Shown piece by piece: positions 1-9,750 of a stretch of 64,000 nt of DNA (the first letter of the stretch is position 1; every line of letters begins with the position of its first letter). The notes beneath the pieces were generated by a model. That model saw only the letters and a list, made by a program, of their open reading frames with translations. It had not been told where the DNA came from and ran no database searches. This stretch comes from an uncultured Acidobacteriota bacterium (GTDB lineage Bacteria > Acidobacteriota > Vicinamibacteria > Vicinamibacterales > 2-12-FULL-66-21), in contig CAVVSR010000002.1 in assembly GCA_963750935.1 (NCBI GenBank), positions 14,029-78,028 of the forward strand, written 5' to 3'. The position numbers and the translations under genes were made by a program.

Positions 1-903
1 ACGCGCTGAACCCCACGATCGACGAGTCCTCGATCCGCTATTCGGCGGTGGCCGTGGAGATCGATCGCGCCAAGCGGGTGGCCACGCTGACCGTGACCGG
101 GCCGGAGGGCCCGCAGCCGGCGACGGCAGACGAGGTCATGACGGCGGGCGATCAGTTCTGGCCGCTGCGCGCGTTCCGTGAGCTGGACGACGTGCTGCTG
201 CGGCTGCGCATGAACGAGCCGCTGATCGGCACGGTGGTGGTGAAGACGCGCGGCAGCGCCGAGGCGGTGCTCGCGGTGGACGCGATCCTCCTCGCCAACC
301 AGGATCACTGGCTGGTGCGTGAGATCGTCCACTTCATCAAGCGCACGCTGAAGCGGATGGATCTGACGTCACGCAGCTTCTTCGCGCTGATCGAGCCTGG
401 CAGCTGCTTCGCCGGCACGCTGTTCGAGCTGGCGCTCGCCGCCGATCGCAGCTACATGCTCGACGATCCCGAACAGCCGAACACGATTGCGCTGTCGGGC
501 ATGAACGGCCGTCCTGCCGATGAGCAACGGGCTCAGCCGCCTGCAGACGCGCTTCCTCGCCACGCCGGCGCTCGTCGACGAGGTCCTCGCGGAGGGGGAG
601 CCGTTCGACGCGCAAGCCGCGCTCGACGCCGGACTCGTCTCGTTCGCGCCCGACGAGCTCGATTGGGACGACGAGGTGCGGCTGGCCATCGAGAGCCGGG
701 CCGCGCTCTCGCCGGACGCGCTCACCGGGATGGAAGCCAACCTGCGCTTCGCCGGCCCGGAGACGCTGGAAACGAAGATCTTCGGCCGGCTCACCGCGTG
801 GCAGAACTGGATCTTCATCCGGCCGAACGCGGTCGGGGAGAAGGGCGCGCTGACCGCGTACGGCTCGCAGTCGCGGCCGGAGTTTGATTTCAACAGAACG
901 TAG
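1..903 (+). pseudogene. boxC: benzoyl-CoA-dihydrodiol lyase BoxC, 5' end outside window; frame broken near 508-512 (pseudogene or 1-nt insertion error)
   Basis: The frame is open to base 1. ORF 48..887 gives crotonase-fold sequence (VVVKTRGSAEAVLAVDA, FFALIEPGSCFAGTLFELALAADRSYML) and then turns into Arg/Ala-rich junk. The conserved C-terminus (LPMSNGLSRLQTRF...LTAWQNWIFIRPNAVGEKGALTAYG) is in ORF 520..903. The junction MNG|VLPMSNG needs one base removed. It lies directly upstream of boxB. Confidence 0.7.
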
Positions 904-906
904 GTG

Positions 907-935
907 AGGTGCTCAGTGCCAGGCACCGAGCACCT
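907..935 (+). repeat. 29-nt near-perfect palindrome between boxC and boxB, built from heptamer-like units
   Basis: AGGTGCTCAGTGCC-A-GGCACCGAGCACCT forms a 14-bp stem with one mismatch. It can be parsed as GTGCTCA GTGCCAG | GCACCGA GCACCTG. Confidence 0.7.
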
Positions 936-949
936 GATCGAGGCCCCTG

Positions 950-2369
950 ATGATTTCAGCCGAGAAGATCCCCAACAACGTCGGCCTCTCGAGCAACAAG
1001 CGGCTGCAGCGCGCGCTCGAGCACTGGCAGCCCGCCTATATCCAGTGGTGGCGCGAGATGGGCCCGCAGGGGTTCCAGGACTATCACCAGGTCTACGTGC
1101 GCACGGCGGTGAGCGTCGATCCGTCGGGGTGGGCGCATTTCGAATACGTCAAGCTGCCGGAATACCGGTGGGGCATCTTCCTCGCCGAGCCCGTGCACGA
1201 TCGCCGCATCGGCTTCGGCGATTTCTTCGGCCAGCCGGTGTGGCAGGAGGTGCCGGGCGAGTTCCGCAACCAGCTGCGGCGCCTGATCGTGACCCAGGGG
1301 GACACCGAGCCGGCCAGCGTCGAGCAGCAGCGCTGGCTCGGCCAGCGCTGCCCGAGCCTCTACGACCTGCGCAACCTGTTCCAGGTCAACGTCGAAGAGG
1401 GGCGCCACCTGTGGGCGATGGTCTACCTGCTGCACTCCTACTTCGGCCGCGACGGCCGCGACGAGGCGGAGGAGCTGCTGGCGCGCCAGAGCGGCAACCG
1501 CGACAAGCCGCGCATCCTCGACGCGTTCAACGAGCCGATCGACAACTGGCTCGACTTCTTCATGTTCACGATGTTCACCGACCGTGACGGCAAGTCGCAG
1601 CTGCTGTCGCTGTCGGAGAGCTCGCTCGACCCGCTGGCGCGCACCACGCGGTTCATGCTGACCGAGGAAGCCCATCACATGTTCGTCGGCGAGACCGGCG
1701 TCGCCCGCATCGTCGAACGGACCTGCCAGCTGCTCAAGACCGCCGGCTTCTCCGAGGACGTGCGGCGGCTGGGCGGGATCGACATCCCGACCGTGCAGAA
1801 GTTCATCAACCTGTGGTTCAGCCTGTCGCTGGACCTGCACGGCAACGAGATCTCGACCAACGCGGCGTCCTACTTCGCCAACGGACTCAAGGGGCGCGCC
1901 CAGGAAGAGAAGTGGGACGATCACCTCGTCACCGAGCGGTATCTACGATCTCGAGGTGGCGGCGGACGGCAAGCTCGATCGCCGCGCCATTCCGATGCGG
2001 ACCGCGATGAACGAGGTGCTGCGCGACTGGTACGTCGGCGACTGCCAGGCCGGTATCGAGCGCTGGAACAAGATCTTCGAGCGGCACGGCATGTCGGAGC
2101 GGCTGCGCCTGCCCGATCGCAAGTTCAACCGCGGCATCGGCATGTTCTCGTCGCTGCATTTCGATCCGGGCGGCGCGCCGCTGTCCGACAGCGAGTGGGA
2201 ACGCCGCAAGCACGAGTGGCTGCCGGCGCAGGCCGATCGCGACTATCTGCTCAGCATCATGGCCGAACCGGTCTACGAGCCGGGCAAGTTCGCCAACTAC
2301 ATCGCGCCGCCGCTGCGCGGCGTCAACCGGATGCCGATCGACTTCGAGTATGTGAGGACTGAAGCCTGA
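950..2369 (+). pseudogene. boxB: benzoyl-CoA 2,3-epoxidase (oxygenase) subunit B BoxB; frame broken near 1938-1941
   Basis: ORF 950..2362 matches the di-iron BoxB family (LFQVNVEEGRHLWAMVYLLH, RFMLTEEAHHMFVGE) up to WDDHLVTER. The conserved end (IYDLEVAADGKLDRRAIPMRTAMNEVLRDWYV...PIDFEYVR) continues in ORF 1956..2369, one frame over. Confidence 0.8.
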
Positions 2370-2375
2370 TCATGT

Positions 2376-2523
2376 CAACTCCCAACTCCCAACTCCCAAC
2401 TCCCAAAGGACATCACTCGCAAGGAGCAGGGCGGAAACTGTCACAACGGGCAAGATCGAACGGCTTTCACCCCGTGGCGTCGAGTGGCATGCCTTGGGAG
2501 TTGGGAGTTGGAGGTTGGGAGTG
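2376..2523 (+). repeat. inverted heptamer arrays (CAACTCC)x4 ... (TTGGGAG)x4 forming a long hairpin with an ~85-nt interior
   Basis: The left arm (2376-2409) reads CAACTCCCAACTCCCAACTCCCAACTCCCAAAGG. The right arm (2492-2523) reads CCTTGGGAGTTGGGAGTTGGAGGTTGGGAGTG. The reverse complement of the right arm aligns with the left arm except for a few mismatches or bulges. Confidence 0.85.
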
Positions 2524-2592
2524 TGACGTCCGTCCATCAACGCAGCCCTCCTCATCAACAACGAGTGGCGCCCTTCGTCGTCCGGCAAGACG

Positions 2593-3978
2593 ATGCCCGT
2601 GGTCAATCCGGCCACCGAGGAGGTGATCGCCGAGGTCGCGTCGGCTGAGAAGAGCGACGTCGATGCCGCCGTGGCGGCGGCACGTGCGGCGCTCGAGGGG
2701 CCGTGGGGCCGGATGTCGGCCCGTGAGCGCGGACGGCTGGTGCGCAAGCTCGGGGATCGCCTGATGGAGCGCGCCGACGAGGTCGCGCGGCTGGAGACGC
2801 TGCACAACGGCAAGCCGATCAGCGAGTCCCGCCACATCGAGATCCCGGCCGCCGCCGAGTGCTTCGAGTACTACGCCGGCTGGTCCGACAAGGTGATGGG
2901 GGAGACCATCCCGGTCAAGGGCAATCACCTCACCTACACGCTGCGCGAACCGGTGGGCGTGGTCGCCGCCATCGTGCCGTGGAATTTCCCGCTGCTGCTG
3001 GCGTCGTGGAAGGTGGCGCCGGCGCTGGCGTGCGGCAACACCGTGATCCTGAAGCCCGCGAGCCAGACGCCGCTGACCGCCCTGGCGCTCGGCGAGATCG
3101 CGGTCGAGGTCGGCCTGCCGCCTGGCGTGCTCAACGTGATCACCGGCGCCGGCTCGAAGGTCGGGCAGGCGCTCGTCGAGCATCCCGGCATCGACAAGAT
3201 CGCGTTCACCGGCGACACCAGCACCGGCAAGTCGATCATGCGGAGCGCGGCCGACACCCTCAAGCGGATCACGCTCGAGCTCGGCGGCAAGTCCCCCAAC
3301 ATCGTGCTCGCCGACGCCGACATCGACGCCGCGATTCGCGGCGCCACGATCGGCATCTTCTACGGCAAGGGCGAGGTGTGCGCGGCCGGATCGCGGCTGC
3401 TCGTCGATCGGTCGATCAAGGACGAGTTCATCGACAAGCTGTCGGCGCGGGCGAAGAAGATGGTGCCCGGGGATCCGCTGGATCCGAAGACGCGGTTCGG
3501 CGCAATCTCGTCGAAGAAGCAGCTCGACACGGTGCTCAAGTACGTCGAGAGCGGGACCCGCGAAGGCGCGACCCTGGTCGCCGGCGGGCAGCGGGCGGAC
3601 ATCGGCACCGGCAAGGGCTACTTCATGCAGCCGACGGTCTTCGCCGACGTCAAGCCGGAGATGACGATCTCGCGCGAGGAGATCTTCGGCCCGGTCCTCG
3701 CCGCGATCGACTTCGCCGATCTGGACGAGGCGATCGCGATCGCGAACGACAGCCCGTACGGACTGGCCGCCGGCGTCTGGACGCGCGACCTGAAGAAGGC
3801 GCACTACGCCGCGCGGAAGCTGCAGGCCGGCACGGTCTGGGTCAACACCTACAACGTCTACGACACCGCGGCGCCGTTCGGCGGCTACAAGCAGAGCGGC
3901 TTCGGCCGTGAGATGAGCGCGCACGCCCTCGAGCACTACACCCAGGTCAAGTCCGTGTGGATCGATCTGAACCTGTGA
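2593..3978 (+). CDS. NAD(P)-dependent aldehyde dehydrogenase (N-terminus probably extends to GTG 2523 across a 1-nt frame break near 2532)
   Basis: 461-aa ORF with ALDH hallmarks: WNFPLLLASWKVAPALACGNTV, ELGGKSP, GEVCAAGSRL, EEIFGPV. The upstream in-frame text SINAALLINNEWRPSSSGKT has no start codon. GTG 2523 with GGAGG at 2511-2515 would give MTS-SINAALLINNEW if one base is removed. Confidence 0.85.
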   Translation: MPVVNPATEEVIAEVASAEKSDVDAAVAAARAALEGPWGRMSARERGRLVRKLGDRLMERADEVARLETLHNGKPISESRHIEIPAAAECFEYYAGWSDKVMGETIPVKGNHLTYTLREPVGVVAAIVPWNFPLLLASWKVAPALACGNTVILKPASQTPLTALALGEIAVEVGLPPGVLNVITGAGSKVGQALVEHPGIDKIAFTGDTSTGKSIMRSAADTLKRITLELGGKSPNIVLADADIDAAIRGATIGIFYGKGEVCAAGSRLLVDRSIKDEFIDKLSARAKKMVPGDPLDPKTRFGAISSKKQLDTVLKYVESGTREGATLVAGGQRADIGTGKGYFMQPTVFADVKPEMTISREEIFGPVLAAIDFADLDEAIAIANDSPYGLAAGVWTRDLKKAHYAARKLQAGTVWVNTYNVYDTAAPFGGYKQSGFGREMSAHALEHYTQVKSVWIDLNL

Positions 3979-5147
3979 GCGCCGATCCGCTGCTCGGCTG
4001 GCGCGACGAGTTCCCGATCGTCGAGACCTGCACCTACCTCGTCAGCCATTCGCTCGGCGCGATGCCGCGCCGCGCCACCGCCAGCCTGCAGGCGTTCGCG
4101 GACTCCTGGATGACCCGCGGCGTGCGCGCGTGGAGCGAGGGCTGGTGGGAGATGGGCCGCACCGTCGGCGATCTGCTGGCGCCGACGATCGGCGCGCCGC
4201 CCGGCTCGATCTCGATGCACCAGAACGTCAGCGTGGCCCAGGGCGTCATCGGGTCCTGCTTCCGCTACGACTCGCCCCGGCGGAAGATCGTGATGACCGA
4301 CCTCGAGTTCCCGACCAACATCTACCTGTTCTCGGGCTTCCGCCGCTACGGCGCCGAGATCGTCATCGTTCCATCGGATGACGCGATCCGGACCAACCTC
4401 GATCGGCTGATCGACGCCATCGACGAACGGACGCTGCTGGTGCCGCTGTCGCTGGTGCTGTTCCGCAGCAGCTACATCCAGCGCGCCCGCGAGGTCATCG
4501 AGAAAGCCCACCGCGTCGGCGCCCACGTGATCCTCGACATCTATCAGGCGGCCGGCGTGATTCCGGTCGACGTGCAGGCGCTGGGCGCGAGCTTCGCGGT
4601 CGGCGGATCCGTCAAGTGGCTGTGCGGCGGGCCCGGGGCCGGCTATCTCTACGTCCGGCCGGACCTGGCCGCGACGCTCGAGCCCGGCTTCGTCGGCTGG
4701 GCCGCGCACGAGGCCCCCTTCGACTTCGAGGCCGCGCCGATTCGCTACGCCGGCGCGCCCGAGCGATTCCAGAGCGGGACGCCCAACGTGCCGGCGCTCT
4801 ATTCAGCGCGGGCCGGCTACGAGATCGTCGCCGAGATCGGCGTCGAGGCGATCCGCGCCAAGTCGCTGCGGCTGACGCGGCGCCTGATCGATCGCGCGCG
4901 CACCGCCGGCTTCCGCGTCAATACGCCGGACGACGACGCGGAGCGCGCCGGCGCGGTGATCATCGACGTGCCCGATGGCTACGCCGTGACCCAGGAGCTG
5001 ATTCGCCGCGAGGTCATCGTCGACTACCGCCCCGGGGCCGGGATCCGGATGGCGCCGCACTTCTACAACACGGAAGCGGAGATCGATCACGCGGCCGATG
5101 TGCTGGAGGAGCTGGTGCGTGGCTACTTGAGCGCGAAGGCGACGTAG
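3975..5147 (+). CDS. kynureninase-like PLP-dependent enzyme (class V aminotransferase fold)
   Basis: ORF 3957..5147. The likely start is GTG 3975, overlapping the ALDH stop (GTGA). Motifs: [17 protein letters not shown], and the PLP-lysine context [18 protein letters not shown]. Confidence 0.7.
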   Translation: MSADPLLGWRDEFPIVETCTYLVSHSLGAMPRRATASLQAFADSWMTRGVRAWSEGWWEMGRTVGDLLAPTIGAPPGSISMHQNVSVAQGVIGSCFRYDSPRRKIVMTDLEFPTNIYLFSGFRRYGAEIVIVPSDDAIRTNLDRLIDAIDERTLLVPLSLVLFRSSYIQRAREVIEKAHRVGAHVILDIYQAAGVIPVDVQALGASFAVGGSVKWLCGGPGAGYLYVRPDLAATLEPGFVGWAAHEAPFDFEAAPIRYAGAPERFQSGTPNVPALYSARAGYEIVAEIGVEAIRAKSLRLTRRLIDRARTAGFRVNTPDDDAERAGAVIIDVPDGYAVTQELIRREVIVDYRPGAGIRMAPHFYNTEAEIDHAADVLEELVRGYLSAKAT

Positions 5148-7226
5148 ACCCCGCCCTTCGGCTCGCGCGACTTGCCGCCCGATGCCGCGATCACCACGAA
5201 CTGCCGGCCGTTGACCTCGTAGGTCGCGGGCGTCGCGTTGCCCGAGAACGGCAGCGTCGTTTCCCACAGCAGCGCGCCCGTGGCCTTGTCGAAGGCGCGG
5301 AACTTCCGATCGTGGTTGGTCGCGCCGATGAAGACCAGGCCGCCGGCCGTCACGACGGGGCCGCCATAGTTCTCGGTGCCGGTGTTCTTGAGGCCCTTTG
5401 CCGCCAGCTCCGGATACTCCCCGAACGGGATCTGCCAGGCGAACTCGCCGGTGTGCAGGTTGATCGCGTTCATCGTGCCCCAGGGCGGTTCGACCGCAGG
5501 GTAGCCGTCGGGATCGAGGAACTTGCGGTAGCCGGTAAAGCGGTATTTCACATAGGCCGGGGTGATGGCGGGTGCGGCGGTCGGCGTGTCTTCGCCGGTC
5601 CGCAGGAACTGCACGATGGCGTTGACGGCGAGCGTCTGCAGGGCCGGGAAGCCCGGCATCCGTCCCGCGCCCTTCTGGATGACGGCCGCGATCTCCTGCG
5701 GCGTCTTGCGATCGCCGATGCCGGCGAGCGACGGGATCTGCGGCGGCGCGCCGGCGCGATCGTCGCGGTGGCACGCGGCGCAGTCCCGCAGGTAGAGCGC
5801 CTTCCCGCTCTGGCCGGCATCGTCCGGCAGCAGCGATCCGCTCCACGGGATGTCGTTGGCGTTGACGTAGAGGAGCCCGGTGTCCGGATCGTAGGCGGAT
5901 CCTCCCCACTCGGCGCCGCCGTCGAAGCCGGGAAACACGAACGTCTGCTGGCCGATGGTGAGCGGCGTGAACACGCCGCCGCTCCGGTACTTCGCGAACT
6001 CTTCGGCCGCCCACTTCTGCGCCTCGGGCGTCCTCGTCGTCAGCATGCCGGCGGTGAGCTGCTGCCGCGAGAACGGGCGAGGGCGCGTGGGAATCGGCTG
6101 CGTCTCGGCGGCGACCTCGCCGGGCACGTCGCTCGCGGGGAACTTCCGGTACTCGATGGGGAAGACCGGCTTGCCGGTCTCGCGCTCGAAGACGAAGACG
6201 TAGCCGTGCTTGGTGGTCTGCGCCACCGCGTCGATGGTCCGGCCGTTCTGGCGCACCGTCACCAGCGTTGGCGGCGACGGCGGATCGCGATCGAGGATGT
6301 CGTGCTTGACGAACTGGAAGTGCCAGATCCGCTTGCCGGTTTCGGCGTTCAGCGCGAGCAGCGAGTTCGCGAACAGGTTGTCGCCGAGCCGGTTGGCCCC
6401 GTAGAAGTCCGCCGACGCCGACCCGGTCGGAATGAACACGATGCCGCGGCGCTCGTCGAGCGCCATGCCGGCCCAGTTGTTGGCGCCGCCGTTGTAGGTC
6501 CACGAGTCCTTCGACCACGTCTCGTAGCCGAACTGGCCGGGCTGCGGAATGGTGTGGAAGATCCAGCGCAGCGCCCCGGTGCGGACGTCGTAGGCGCGGA
6601 TGTGTCCCGGCGAGCCGGGCAGGCCTTCGTTGACGCGTCCGCCGACGATCATCAGGTCGCGATAGATCGCTCCGGGCGTGGTCAGGCGGACCGACTGCGT
6701 CTGCGCATCGCGGCCGAGGTTCTCGCGGAGATCGATCCGTCCCTCGGCGCCGAACGTCGCCGATCGGCGTGCCGGTCTTGGGGTCGAGGGCATAGATGTA
6801 TTCGTGGACCGGCGCGAGAATCCGCGGCGTGTGGTCGGCATCGCCCGGCCAGTACATCAGGCCGCGATTCGGGCCGCGGCCCTGCAGCTTCGCGTCGAAG
6901 GTCCAGACCGGCGCGCCGGTGGCCGCGTCCAGGGCGAACACTTTCTGCAGCGGGGAGTAGCCGTAGAGGATGCCGTCGATCACCATCGGCTGGGTCTGCA
7001 GGTCCCCGGCCTCGCGGGTGTCGTAGGTCCACGCGACCTGCAGCCGCGCGACGGTGGTCCGGTTGATCTGCGTGAGCGTGGAATAGCGGCGCTGCTCCGG
7101 CCCGCCGCCGTAGGTCCAGCGCGTTCCCGGGCGCGGCGGTTCCGGCGCACGCTGGCGGGCCGCGACCGCGGCCAGGGGAAGGAGCAAGGTCAGCGCGGCG
7201 ATCGCCTGAACTCGTCGTGATGGCAT
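5123..7226 (-). pseudogene. PQQ-dependent dehydrogenase (glucose/quinate-like propeller) with an inserted c-type cytochrome domain; frame broken near 6755-6768
   Basis: The N-terminal ~150 aa (signal peptide [53 protein letters not shown]) are at the start of ORF 4803..7226(-). The rest is in ORF 5123..6841(-), beginning at [14 protein letters not shown]. It carries an internal haem site, [11 protein letters not shown]...GAGRMPGFP. Confidence 0.7.
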
Positions 7227-7280
7227 CGGCGCCGATCCTAATGGTTCGGCGGCCGGCGGGTAGATCGCCCGCGCGCGCGG

Positions 7281-8501
7281 CTATCGGGCCTTGAGGATGA
7301 CGTAGGTGGGGAGACCGATTGCGTCGAAGCGCCACATCACGATCTTCGCCGGCTCGGCCTCGGGATCTTCCGCCTGGAACTTGATCTTCACGAAGCGGTC
7401 GAGCGCCTTCCTGACCTCGGGATCCTTGAAGGTGGTGTTGTCCATGACGCCGCAGGACTTGCACCAGGTCGCCCACATGTCGATGAAGACCGGCTTGCCT
7501 TCCTTCTTCGCGACGGCCAGCCCCTCGGTCAGCGACGTGTGCCACCCTTCCTCGATCGCGCCGGCGGCCGAGACCGTGGTGGAGTGACGGAAGATCGTGT
7601 ACGACTCGTAGCCGTAGTACGCGGCGGTGGCGAGGATGATGACGCCGAACGCCTGCTTCACGCGGACCATCCACTTGCCCGGCCGCGGCAGCGCCGCCAG
7701 CCCGGCGCCCGCGATCGGCCACGGGATCGCCATGCCGACGCCGAGCAGGAACGGCAGCGCGAGCGCGATCGGCGACCCGTTCGCGTAGAGATTGCTGGCG
7801 AACAGCACGACCTGGATGACCACCGGCGCGACGCAGGCGCCCGCGAGCAGCGCCGCGATGCCGCCCATCACGAACGACATCACGAACGTGCCCTGTCCGG
7901 GCGTGCCGATGCGGACCTTGCTCATCAGGTGCGAGAAGTCGATCGTGAGCACGTCGAACATCGCCAGCGCGAGCACGACGAACAGCAGGGCGATGGCGAG
8001 GTTGAACCAGGGGGACGAGTTCACCGTGCCGAAGGTGCTCGCGGTGAGCGTCACGACCAGGCCGAGCGCGCCATAGGCCAGCGCCATGCCGAGGCCGTAG
8101 GCGCAGCCGAGCAGGAAGCCGCGCCGGCGTGACGACGCCTGCGTGCCGGCGCCGATGATCGCCAGGTTGATCGGGATCATCGGCAGCACGCACGGCGTGA
8201 GGTTCAGCGCGAGACCGCCGACCAGCACGATGAGCAGGATGGCGAGCGGACCTCGCCCGGCGAAGAGATCCTCTTCCTTGATCCCGGCTGTCGTGTCTTC
8301 CGTGAACTTGATGAACTCGGCGGACGGGATGTAGCCCGCCTTGGTGCCGAGGATGTCGAACTCGGCGAGGGCTCGCAGCTCTGGTTGGCCGGGGGCATTC
8401 GGATCCGGCGCCGGCTGCTGCGCGTGGACGCCGGCGGCGATCGCCGCAACAGTTACAAAAGCGGCGACACGCAGCAGCGCGCGCAGGCCGGTCCTCGGCA
8501 T
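7281..8501 (-). CDS. dsbD: DsbD-family thiol:disulfide interchange / cytochrome c biogenesis membrane protein with C-terminal thioredoxin domain
   Basis: Start taken at MPRTGLRALLRVAAF (signal peptide). The multi-pass core carries LNLTPCVLPMIP and LLAGACVAPV. The C-terminal thioredoxin motif is WATWCKSC. Confidence 0.75.
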   Translation of the reverse strand: MPRTGLRALLRVAAFVTVAAIAAGVHAQQPAPDPNAPGQPELRALAEFDILGTKAGYIPSAEFIKFTEDTTAGIKEEDLFAGRGPLAILLIVLVGGLALNLTPCVLPMIPINLAIIGAGTQASSRRRGFLLGCAYGLGMALAYGALGLVVTLTASTFGTVNSSPWFNLAIALLFVVLALAMFDVLTIDFSHLMSKVRIGTPGQGTFVMSFVMGGIAALLAGACVAPVVIQVVLFASNLYANGSPIALALPFLLGVGMAIPWPIAGAGLAALPRPGKWMVRVKQAFGVIILATAAYYGYESYTIFRHSTTVSAAGAIEEGWHTSLTEGLAVAKKEGKPVFIDMWATWCKSCGVMDNTTFKDPEVRKALDRFVKIKFQAEDPEAEPAKIVMWRFDAIGLPTYVILKAR

Positions 8502-8549
8502 ATGGCGATCAAACCCCGTCCCCCGGCCAGGAATTCCCACCGGCGAATT

Positions 8550-9623
8550 CTAGCGGGAATCTCCCTTCGATTGCGTGGACCCCGGGCGCCGGGCCGCGGC
8601 AAAGGCGTCGTATTCCTTCTTCAGCTGGGCGGCGTCGAGCTGACCGTCGCGGACCAGGATCCGATGATGGAAGGTCACGGCCTGACCAGGCTGAAGCGTG
8701 AACGACGTCGGCTCCTGTTTGGGGTCGTAGCCCTGCCGTCCGAGTGGATTCGCGGCAAACAGCCCGTAGCCGCGCGCGTGCCAGTAGGTTGGATGTCCGT
8801 GATTGGTCGGCGCATCGAAGATGGCGAGCGTGACCGGCTGGCCCTCCACGACGCCCGTCAGCCCCATCCATGGCCCTCGAGTTCCCCAGACATCTTCGCC
8901 GGTGCGGCCGTCACTCCCGATATACCGTCCGGTGATCCCGTTGGTCTCGACGCGCTTGTCCGTGCCCTTGCCGTCGGGGCCCACCAGGACTTCCGGCGCC
9001 TTCGACACGTGATCGAGCGCGCGAGCGACCCGGATGCCGAACGCGCCTTCCTTGGTGTCCTTGAACGTGACCGGCTTGCCGGTCGCGGTCCACGTCGTCG
9101 TCCGGTCGATGACGCGCCGGCCGGGGCCGCCCGAGAACTCGAAGCGCGTGTCCTCGCGCATCAGGGTCGATCCGTCCGGGATGTTCCAGTCGGCGCGGAT
9201 CACCAGCTCGCCGGTGCTGCCGCCGGATGCCTTGACGACCTCCTTGTGGACGATCACGCCCATTCGCGGCTTGTTGGCGGCTGGCGTCTCGTCCGAGTGG
9301 CCCCAGAAGTCGAAGCCGTTGACGTCGCCGTGGTTGAACCAGTGCCCGACGTGATGCGGATGATCCGCGCGCTCGCCGGCCTTCGGCTCGAGCGGATAGC
9401 CACGCGTCACGGCCACGCCACCCGCCGATCGAATCGGGAAGAGCACGGGCTTCTGGAGCGCCAACGGGTACAGGTAGGACGTGAACGGCTTGCCGTCGAT
9501 CGTGATGTCGACTCGCCGCTCGGCTGGCCGGTGTTCGACGGCCACCGCGGACGGGCGCGTCTGCGCCGACAGGCTCACGAACAGACCGACCGAGGCGATC
9601 AGGGCGAAGTGGAACTTCTTCAC
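8550..9623 (-). CDS. PmoA-family (DUF6807) secreted protein
   Basis: GTG 9623 has GAGAGGA just upstream. Signal peptide VKKFHFALIASVGLFVSLSAQ. Family-like motifs: HPHHVGHWFNHGDVNGFDFW, HPTYWHARGYGLFAANP. Confidence 0.6.
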   Translation of the reverse strand: MKKFHFALIASVGLFVSLSAQTRPSAVAVEHRPAERRVDITIDGKPFTSYLYPLALQKPVLFPIRSAGGVAVTRGYPLEPKAGERADHPHHVGHWFNHGDVNGFDFWGHSDETPAANKPRMGVIVHKEVVKASGGSTGELVIRADWNIPDGSTLMREDTRFEFSGGPGRRVIDRTTTWTATGKPVTFKDTKEGAFGIRVARALDHVSKAPEVLVGPDGKGTDKRVETNGITGRYIGSDGRTGEDVWGTRGPWMGLTGVVEGQPVTLAIFDAPTNHGHPTYWHARGYGLFAANPLGRQGYDPKQEPTSFTLQPGQAVTFHHRILVRDGQLDAAQLKKEYDAFAAARRPGSTQSKGDSR

Positions 9624-9705
9624 GGTAGTCCTCTCAGGTCCCGGTGATGGGCTGCCAGACAATCCTATACCTTCCGGGCCGCTCGATCTGCGCAGCTGAG
9701 CCGGT

Positions 9706-9714
9706 TGGTATAAT
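9706..9714 (+). promoter_or_regulatory. candidate extended -10 promoter element TGGTATAAT for the AAA+ gene
   Basis: A perfect TGnTATAAT lies 37 nt upstream of ATG 9751, inside the divergent 127-bp intergenic region. I saw no clear -35. Confidence 0.4.
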
Positions 9715-9750
9715 CTGCCCTCCACGCCCGATACCCAACGAGATTCCAGC

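Noticed and set aside
2467-3936. Very long ORFs antisense to, or out of frame with, recognised genes. Examples: 2467-3936(-) 489 aa, 4616-7066(+) 816 aa, 20686-23526(-) 946 aa, 35275-38085(+) 936 aa, 54067-56874(-) 935 aa, 43829-45577(-) 582 aa.
   Set aside because: Their translations are Arg/Ala/Gly/Pro-rich low-complexity text with no recognisable motifs. Each one shadows a gene with clear family signatures. This is the expected stop-codon-poor artefact of high-GC DNA.
5123-5147. Convergent 3'-end overlaps or abutments: a 25-nt overlap at 5123-5147, 4 nt at 16647-16650, and zero spacing at 35157/35158.
   Set aside because: This is common in compact high-GC genomes and leaves no specific signal to interpret. 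I note it only because these pairs lack any room for terminators.
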